Below, piece after piece: positions 57,528-64,000 of a stretch of DNA of 64,000 nt. The notes under the pieces are model-generated. The model was not told the origin of the DNA. It ran no database searches and saw nothing but the letters and a program-made list of their open reading frames with translations. The stretch is from Bdellovibrionales bacterium (lineage in GTDB: Bacteria > Bdellovibrionota > Bdellovibrionia > Bdellovibrionales > UBA1609): the NCBI GenBank assembly GCA_023301025.1, contig JALZUR010000005.1, forward strand, positions 10,771-74,770, in the 5' to 3' direction. Every line of letters begins with the position of its first letter. The stretch's first letter is position 1. Both the position numbers and the translations under genes were made by a program.

Positions 57528-58742
57528 TTAGAAAGAATCATTTGTTTTATCTGTAAGATTTCTCTTTGCAGAAGTATGTTGTTCTTCTTTAAACTTTTCA
57601 ACTTCAGACTCATCCAGTATTTTCTCATCAAGTTCTTTGATGGCATTTATAATTGGGGCAACCAATCCTTGATAATTAACAGATCTGTATTCATTTGCAT
57701 CACCTGGGTTATGAATTTTAATCAAGAGTGGAAACTGCAGTTCAACTTCTTGAGCTATAACACCTATAGCTCTCTGGCCAGCTCGACCTCTAGATTTTTC
57801 ACTCCAGACATACTCATAGCCGTTAAGTTTTTTTAACTTTTCTAATGAGTTTTTAATCAAAACTTTTTCGTCTTTAAACTTGATATCCGAAGCTGTGGTA
57901 AAGTTATTTGCTAACACATCTCCATCAACCTCTAATTTAGTAGAAGGGTTTAGAACACCGATACCAACATCACCATCACTTTTAATAACCATTCTAGGTA
58001 CAGCATCGTTTGAACCTGCAGGAGAAGTTCCAAAAACTAATCGTGTCGGCATATTGTCGTTGCCAATCGGTCCATCGACTGAAGCTCTAAAGTAGGCATG
58101 TCTAGTAGAGTCATTTACCCCCCCCCCTAAATCATATGGAGTAACTCCATCACTTCCTATAAAGCTCACTTGTCCAAGCAGGTCATCTTCTTGAACAGCA
58201 GCTCCATTTCTACTTCTTCTAAACTCAAGATCGGCTTTACAAGTCGCACATGTATCGTTGTTGCTTTCTAAAATTATATCTTTATTGTCTCCTAAAACAT
58301 GAAATATCTTTTCAGGGTTGGTAGTTCCAATTCCAACGTAGCCACTGTCATCAACATAAATTCCAGCTGAGCCGTCTTCGCCAACCAGTTGATAAGCACC
58401 TAAGTTTAAATTTTGAGTGGCAGTGTGGTTACCAAGATTATCACTAAGAACTGAGGCCCCTGCGGATTGATCTATACATGTCCATGTGCTTCCATTCCAT
58501 TGGAGCATTTGATCTAAAGAACAGCCTGAGCCATTAAAAGGTGCAGGAAGCTGGTTTATATTTTCTATATTAACTCCAGTTTGTAAAACACCTGGTAAAA
58601 TATAAGCTGCAGGCACACCCGCTGGTTGAAATTCAACATCATTGGTACTGCTTACATTCTCTAAACAGGCTGTGCCGCTTAATGCGATAGCTAGCAACAT
58701 TATATACTTACTTATTCTTAATTGTTTTAATGCTTGACCCAT
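57528..58742 (-). CDS. Fibre-like surface protein with a C-terminal peptidase S74 chaperone domain
   Basis: Lipobox-like SGTAC; GYVGIGTTNP and GDVGIGVLNPSTKLEVDG fibre repeats; SDIKFKD...LKKLNGYEYVW...IGVIAQEV...VNYQGLVAPIINAIKEL. Confidence 0.85.
   Translation of the reverse strand: MGQALKQLRISKYIMLLAIALSGTACLENVSSTNDVEFQPAGVPAAYILPGVLQTGVNIENINQLPAPFNGSGCSLDQMLQWNGSTWTCIDQSAGASVLSDNLGNHTATQNLNLGAYQLVGEDGSAGIYVDDSGYVGIGTTNPEKIFHVLGDNKDIILESNNDTCATCKADLEFRRSRNGAAVQEDDLLGQVSFIGSDGVTPYDLGGGVNDSTRHAYFRASVDGPIGNDNMPTRLVFGTSPAGSNDAVPRMVIKSDGDVGIGVLNPSTKLEVDGDVLANNFTTASDIKFKDEKVLIKNSLEKLKKLNGYEYVWSEKSRGRAGQRAIGVIAQEVELQFPLLIKIHNPGDANEYRSVNYQGLVAPIINAIKELDEKILDESEVEKFKEEQHTSAKRNLTDKTNDSF
58118..58127 (-). 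repeat. Homopolymer G10 (C10 on + strand) inside the fibre gene
   Basis: tcattta-CCCCCCCCCC-taa; encodes L-G-G-G-V in frame. Confidence 0.9.
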
Positions 58743-59052
58743 AGATACTATTTGGAACTTTTAACGTAAAGTGCAACAGGTAGTTGGTTAAATAAGTCTC
58801 TTATTTAACCATAAAACTTTTTGAACAATTAATTGGAATATAGCTACTAATAGTAAGCTAAAGGTTAGCCTTAACATTTTTATAATCTCAGAATGTAGCA
58901 CTTCTAAGTTAAATTTTACTCTAACTGACTGTTATAAAAAGAACCTCTAATAGAAACTAATACTAATATGATTTGTAACATAATATAACTTATCAGAAGA
59001 GTTATGTGTTGCACAAAACAACTTTAAAAACTTAAGCTAACATCATATAAAT

Positions 59053-59526
59053 TTAAAAAGGACCATTGTAATAGTCATCATATGAGTCAGTATCACCTAA
59101 TTGAGCTTTGTCTGAGCCTGAAATTCTCGAACTCGATTTAAAGTACCTATTTGTAATTTCTTTGTCTTTTTGATGAGATGTAGATAAGTGTGGAAAAAGT
59201 GTCTCATCCATAATTGATAAAGTTATAATTGCATCAGTGATATTTTCTAAGCCTTCAGTGCCGTCCAAAAATAGACCAATAAGAAGTTCATAACTTTTTA
59301 TAATTGTAGGACCGCCCTGCATTTTTAATGCAGTTACAAAAACACTAGAATTTAAAAAGATTTTTGATTTGATCAACTGAGTTTCTAAGTCTTCGTAGAA
59401 TTCTTCAACTCTTTCATAGTCTACTGTAAGAAGAGCAGAACATGTAGATGTTTGGGAGTGAGCATTAAAACTAATAAACATAATAAATAATGTAAACAAG
59501 ATACTTTTCATAAGAATACGGCACAA
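59053..59526 (-). CDS. Small secreted hypothetical protein
   Basis: Signal peptide ending AHS, then QTSTCSALL. Confidence 0.7.
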   Translation of the reverse strand: MCRILMKSILFTLFIMFISFNAHSQTSTCSALLTVDYERVEEFYEDLETQLIKSKIFLNSSVFVTALKMQGGPTIIKSYELLIGLFLDGTEGLENITDAIITLSIMDETLFPHLSTSHQKDKEITNRYFKSSSRISGSDKAQLGDTDSYDDYYNGPF

Positions 59527-59586
59527 CTTTTATGAATTTAAGTAAAGTTAATTTAGATTTTTTAAAATTAGATTATAAATTTTTCA

Positions 59587-60852
59587 TTAAAAGCGAGCTT
59601 CAGTATCACCTACTTCAAATGCAAATGAGAGTGCAATTTTTGCAAATCTTAAGGCGTGAGAAAAGTCTAAACGCTCATCCACAACATCATTTTTTGTGTG
59701 AATTTTTTTGTTAATAGTTTTAGCTGTGGCTTCAAAAGGATAGGCTGTCTTAAAGCCATTTCTAAACCATGAGGCGTGATCACTGCAGCCATAGCCACAC
59801 TTATATCTCTCAACTGGAAGTCTTAAGTGCTCAGTTACTATGGACTCTAAAAAGAGCGTTAAACCAGCGTCAGTAAAGTCTTCTGTTAAGCCTATAACAT
59901 CGCCGTTTCCAGGGAAAAGCACCATATCAAGCTGCATAACAGCTATAACGTCTACTCCCCTATCTTTATAAGATTTTGCTATTTCTTTAGAGCCGACCAA
60001 ACCAACCTCTTCAGCACCATACCAGAAAAAATCAAGGCTTCTCTTTGGTTTAGTACCTGATTTTAAAAAGGCTTTTAGTGTTTCATAAACTACGGCAGAG
60101 CCTGAGGCATTGTCATCAGCACCAGGGGCATTTTTAGAAAAAAGTGCATTAGTAGTTGAATCTATATGCCCACCGATTACTACAACCTCTTCAGGACGCT
60201 CAGAACCTTCAATATGAACATGTATGGACCCTTGGTTTGTCTTTTCATGCTCTATAAGCTCTAAACTAAACTGCTCTTTATAATTTTTTAGTTCATCTTC
60301 AATTTTACTCATAAATTCTAATAAGGCTTTGTTTGGATCTTTAGATTTAGAAGAACGTGTTTTATAACTTGAAAGAAGCTCGACACTGGCCTTTAGGCTT
60401 TCAATGCTCAAAAACTCAAAGGCCTTTTTAGACTCTAAAGTTCTTAACAATGCTACAGGCTTCTTATCAAACTTTAGTTCTTTTTCTAGAGTTTTATCTA
60501 AAACTTCTGAAAAAGATAAAATCTCTTCATCTGTATCTTCTGTGTAGCCTCCACACCTACCCATAAAATGACTAAGTTTGTGAAGTTCTTCTTTGATCAA
60601 CTCAGCTTCTATTTCAGAAGAAGGCGTCACCTTAACAAAATGATTTTTAACCTCTGCATTCAGGCTTAGTGTTTTAGAAAGTTCAAGATAAAGGTCTTTT
60701 GCTACAACTATTTTTGTTTCTTCACTTTGAGTGCATGAAATTAAAAATACAGACATAATAAAAACACTTTTTTTAAGATCTTTGCTAGAAAAGAAAGTAA
60801 GTAGAGTATCTAAAAAATAATCAAACCGAGTTTTAAAAAGTTTTAAATGCAT
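59587..60852 (-). CDS. M28-family leucyl aminopeptidase (secreted or lipoprotein)
   Basis: GGHIDS, APGADDNASG, GAEEVGLVGS, QLDM, SDHASW, IHT. Confidence 0.9.
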   Translation of the reverse strand: MHLKLFKTRFDYFLDTLLTFFSSKDLKKSVFIMSVFLISCTQSEETKIVVAKDLYLELSKTLSLNAEVKNHFVKVTPSSEIEAELIKEELHKLSHFMGRCGGYTEDTDEEILSFSEVLDKTLEKELKFDKKPVALLRTLESKKAFEFLSIESLKASVELLSSYKTRSSKSKDPNKALLEFMSKIEDELKNYKEQFSLELIEHEKTNQGSIHVHIEGSERPEEVVVIGGHIDSTTNALFSKNAPGADDNASGSAVVYETLKAFLKSGTKPKRSLDFFWYGAEEVGLVGSKEIAKSYKDRGVDVIAVMQLDMVLFPGNGDVIGLTEDFTDAGLTLFLESIVTEHLRLPVERYKCGYGCSDHASWFRNGFKTAYPFEATAKTINKKIHTKNDVVDERLDFSHALRFAKIALSFAFEVGDTEARF

Positions 60853-61012
60853 TAATATATGTTCAATGCAGTTTTGATAAATAGCAGTAGGCTTAAACTC
60901 TAACTAGACTACAAATAATTTTATAGGCTTAAAAAAACTTCTAAATCTACAAAGGATAAACCTCATAAGCACTTAATATTTAAAGTAAATTTAAAAAAAT
61001 AAATAAAGCTGT

Positions 61013-61411
61013 TTAGAAGTCCCACTTCTTAAAGCCAAGAGCTTCAGCAAGACTTAGGTCCTTTTTTTTAATCTTATACACATTGGCATAACCAGATAAA
61101 GCTCCGCAAACTTGAATGCGAACCTGACCGTCACTCTTTTTTTGTGAAGAGTAGATCGTAATTTCAGAAAGCTCTTTTGACATCTCGGTTTTAGATATGC
61201 CTGACTGTGGTTCACACTGTCTAGAGCCGTCGTATTTAAAAATAAAAACCTTTAGCTGATCGTTTGGTATATTGGGTTTGCCATGCTTGTTACAATGGCC
61301 AGAGGCACAACCAGACAGTGCCGCCATTAAAAGACTTATAAGTGATGTCTTAAAAGTGTGAGAGAAATTTGTGTGTGATAACAGAAAAGATAAAATTTGT
61401 TGAAATTTCAT
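61013..61411 (-). CDS. Small lipoprotein-like hypothetical protein (start may be internal)
   Basis: LSGC lipobox-like motif, DGSRQC and VCGA motifs. Confidence 0.65.
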   Translation of the reverse strand: MKFQQILSFLLSHTNFSHTFKTSLISLLMAALSGCASGHCNKHGKPNIPNDQLKVFIFKYDGSRQCEPQSGISKTEMSKELSEITIYSSQKKSDGQVRIQVCGALSGYANVYKIKKKDLSLAEALGFKKWDF

Positions 61412-62502
61412 TGTTTCACCGCAGCCATCTTAAATAAGTAGCTTTTATCAGAAAATAAAAATATTTCATTTTTGCTTGAGTTAAGAGTCATTGGAGCTGA
61501 GATGTTATGAAGAAACTCATACAAAGATTTAACTTTAAAGGTCTCTTTGTGAATTTTATAAACAGGACCCTTAGAGTCTACTACAATTAAACTGTCATCT
61601 AAAACTAAAGGTGTACCGCCAACACCTTTAAAAGCTTTAACTTTTTTTATCTGTGTACCTGTTGTTTGCTTAAGCTTTATAAGCTCCCCGTTAGATGATG
61701 AAAAGTATAAGCTGGAGCTATCAAATGAGATATCACTGACAGGTTTATCAAAAGCCTGCCACTCAACTTGGCCCGTGATGATATTAATTTTATAGAGTGC
61801 TTCATCAAAAACACCTGCAAATAAAGAACTATTACTAGGACTGAGTTTAAGGTACTGGATATCAGAAAACTTTTTACCACCAGGCAGTAGTTTTTGCCAT
61901 AGGGGTTTGCCAGTCTTTTGATTAAAACTTACTAAGCTTCCGTTGCTAAAGCCTGCAATAACCTGGGTTCCAAAAATTATAGGTTTGGGATCACCAAAAA
62001 CACTAAGTTCTTTAGTGGTCTTAAAAAAGGTTTTCCATTCTACTGTTCCATCAGAAGCTTTTAAAGCATACATAGCCCCAGACTCTGTCTGGGCAAACAA
62101 AAGCCCATCTGAAATATCAGAGATAGAGGTTGGAGCTGTATCAAGCTTTACTCTCCATAAAACTTTTTTATTTTCAAGGTTTAAAGCTATTAATGATTTG
62201 TTTTGAAGTCCTAAAAATACAAAGTTACTTTTAATAGAGAAAGCACCTGATAAACCGTGCTCAGAGTTAAAAAGCTCTTTTTTTCTACCAAAAGTGTCTA
62301 TTAAATATAGACCCCCATGACTCGAGCCTTGAAGCACTCTGCCATCCTCTAAAAGATGTGGTTTGAAGTTTTGAAAAACTGCAGGGTCTTGCAGTTGTGA
62401 CTCTTTAATAAGTTTTCTGGACCAGCTTCTTTTAAGACTTAAATCATCAAAAGAAGCATTTGCATCTATACTTGAAAGCAGTAAAAGAAAAAAGAAGATC
62501 AT
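61408..62502 (-). CDS. PQQ-type beta-propeller protein (BamB-like)
   Basis: Repeated L.aL....G...W blades (IALNLENKKVLW, YALKASDGTVEW, NQKTGKPLW); lies downstream of a YfgM-like gene. Confidence 0.8.
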   Translation of the reverse strand: MIFFFLLLLSSIDANASFDDLSLKRSWSRKLIKESQLQDPAVFQNFKPHLLEDGRVLQGSSHGGLYLIDTFGRKKELFNSEHGLSGAFSIKSNFVFLGLQNKSLIALNLENKKVLWRVKLDTAPTSISDISDGLLFAQTESGAMYALKASDGTVEWKTFFKTTKELSVFGDPKPIIFGTQVIAGFSNGSLVSFNQKTGKPLWQKLLPGGKKFSDIQYLKLSPSNSSLFAGVFDEALYKINIITGQVEWQAFDKPVSDISFDSSSLYFSSSNGELIKLKQTTGTQIKKVKAFKGVGGTPLVLDDSLIVVDSKGPVYKIHKETFKVKSLYEFLHNISAPMTLNSSKNEIFLFSDKSYLFKMAAVKQ

Positions 62503-63248
62503 CCGTTGCTTCCACTTAAATCTTTAGTGCTTTTTTCGTACATAATAAGTCTTAAATATTTATCAGCATCATCATAAAAGGCGCCTGTTTTGTTAAGAGT
62601 CTTTGCCTTTTCTAAGCTCATTTCTGCCGATTCAAAATCCCCAGAATTTTTTTGCAAAAGAGCTCTTTGTATGAGTGCTTCAGCATGAAAGCTGCGCCAG
62701 TTGTCAGAATTTATAACCTCGTTATAGGTGTCTAGAGCTTTATCATTTGAACCTTCTTCATTTAGAAGTCTAGCTTTTAAAAGAAGTAAAACTCCAGAAA
62801 GCTTTCGATCAGTAGAAGGTTTAGCCGATTTTAAAAGTTCAAGGGCTTTAGTTTTTTGATCTTGTGACTCTAAAAAGCCTGCCATTCTAATAAGGGTTAA
62901 ATCAGTTAAGGATTCTGAAGGGAACTTTGTCATAAGCTCTTTAACTTTAGAATTTAAATCTGTAATTTCAGCATTTAGCTTCTCTTTGTACTCTGGACTT
63001 TCAGGGTCTTTTGCTTTTTCAATTGCAGTTTGCAACAGATCAACTCTTCTTGTTATTATTCCAGAAAGTTTAGCAACTGACTTTGTCTTTTGACTGTTAA
63101 ACAAAGAGTAGGACCAAAAAGCTCCAATCCCAATGACAAGGGCAAAAAAAGCAAGGATAAAAATTTTAGAATTTTTATCAATCCAATTGCTAGCCTTCTC
63201 CATATAATCAACAGCATCCATAGTTTCATTTTTATTTTTCTTTGCCAT
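62499..63248 (-). CDS. YfgM-like membrane-anchored TPR protein
   Basis: N-terminal TM helix followed by TPR-like helices; upstream of the BamB-like gene. Confidence 0.7.
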   Translation of the reverse strand: MAKKNKNETMDAVDYMEKASNWIDKNSKIFILAFFALVIGIGAFWSYSLFNSQKTKSVAKLSGIITRRVDLLQTAIEKAKDPESPEYKEKLNAEITDLNSKVKELMTKFPSESLTDLTLIRMAGFLESQDQKTKALELLKSAKPSTDRKLSGVLLLLKARLLNEEGSNDKALDTYNEVINSDNWRSFHAEALIQRALLQKNSGDFESAEMSLEKAKTLNKTGAFYDDADKYLRLIMYEKSTKDLSGSNG

Positions 63249-63263
63249 AATATTCGTTGCTCC

Positions 63264-64000
63264 CTATAAGCTTGATTGTCTTTCTAAAACTTGTCTTAAG
63301 CTTGAAAATGGTCTTGCGTGACGTCCCTGATGGTGCTGTCTTAGCCTTCCAATAACTTCAACTCTTCTTTTTGCTAAAATTTGTGCAGCTTTGTAGGTAG
63401 GTACATTTTCTTTTTCTGCAATTTCAAAGACTTCCATAATGTTGTCGTAAACAGCTTCAACCTTCTGCATAGCTCTATCTTTACTGTAACCTTCAAGCTC
63501 AACATAAACGTTCATAAGGCCACCAGAGTTTCCAACAAAATCAGGTGCGTATAAGATACCTTTTTCACGTAAAATATCACCATGTCTGTATTCTGCTAAA
63601 ACGTTATTAGCTCCACCTGCTATGATGTTGCATTTTAAGTTGTGGATGCTTTCATCGTTTATAACAGCACCCAAAGCACAAGGGGCAAAAACATCACACT
63701 TCATAGAAACTATATCATCTGGTCCAATTTTCTCTACGCTTTTGTAGACTGCGCACATTTGATCAACACGCGCTTCATCTATGTCAGCGATAGTAATCTT
63801 AGCCCCTTCTTCATCTAAGAATTTAACCAAGTTTCTACCAACATTTCCCATTCCCTGAACCGCTACATGAACCCCGTTTAAATCATCTTTGTTTAGTTTC
63901 TTTTTAACAGAAGCTTTTATGCTCATTAAAACACCGTAAGCTGTATAAGGGCTTGGGTCTCCAGATCCTCCTAAGGATTCAGGAATACCAGTTACAAAAG
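63264..64000 (-). CDS. Glu/Leu/Phe/Val dehydrogenase, leucine dehydrogenase-like (5' part beyond the window)
   Basis: The frame stays open to the edge (FVTGIPESLGGSGDPSPYTAYGV); VQGMGNVG, APCALG, GGANN, PDFVGNSGG. Confidence 0.9.
   Translation of the reverse strand, partial: FVTGIPESLGGSGDPSPYTAYGVLMSIKASVKKKLNKDDLNGVHVAVQGMGNVGRNLVKFLDEEGAKITIADIDEARVDQMCAVYKSVEKIGPDDIVSMKCDVFAPCALGAVINDESIHNLKCNIIAGGANNVLAEYRHGDILREKGILYAPDFVGNSGGLMNVYVELEGYSKDRAMQKVEAVYDNIMEVFEIAEKENVPTYKAAQILAKRRVEVIGRLRQHHQGRHARPFSSLRQVLERQSSL

Noticed and set aside
1-64000. CRISPR arrays, IS elements, prophage, rRNA or tRNA genes
   Set aside because: No regularly spaced repeats, transposase or integrase motifs, phage structural cluster or RNA gene signatures seen by eye.

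Overview
AT-rich bacterial chromosome segment whose gene content suggests a Bdellovibrionota-type (predatory) organism. This is inferred from the mutS/GlnD-like pair, a stand-alone LuxR HTH protein, a TIGR04552-like protein, IcmF, a haem operon with an embedded two-component system, an S74-chaperone fibre protein and many secreted orphans. Housekeeping genes (lptD, argS, mutS, hemA/C/L/E/Y/H, plsC, hbd-crt-icmF, two MscS, YfgM/BamB-like, Leu dehydrogenase) alternate with orphan secreted proteins and lipoproteins. I recognised no rRNA, tRNA, CRISPR array or transposase. Best leads: (1) an 832-aa signal-peptide-bearing fusion of a diiron (acyl-ACP-desaturase-like) domain, an FAD/NAD(P)H reductase and a BFD [2Fe-2S] domain; (2) a three-gene operon of outer-membrane barrel, jelly-roll lipoprotein and 5'-nucleotidase-C/OB/EEP nuclease that looks like a surface nucleic-acid capture system; (3) an unannotated ~120-nt transcript with promoter, very strong SD, 17-codon ORF and terminator; (4) sigma54 -24/-12 promoters in front of orphan secreted genes; (5) a G10 tract inside a fibre adhesin gene; (6) an M48 peptidase gene split by two -1 frameshifts. 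All calls come from motif reading; no database searches were run.
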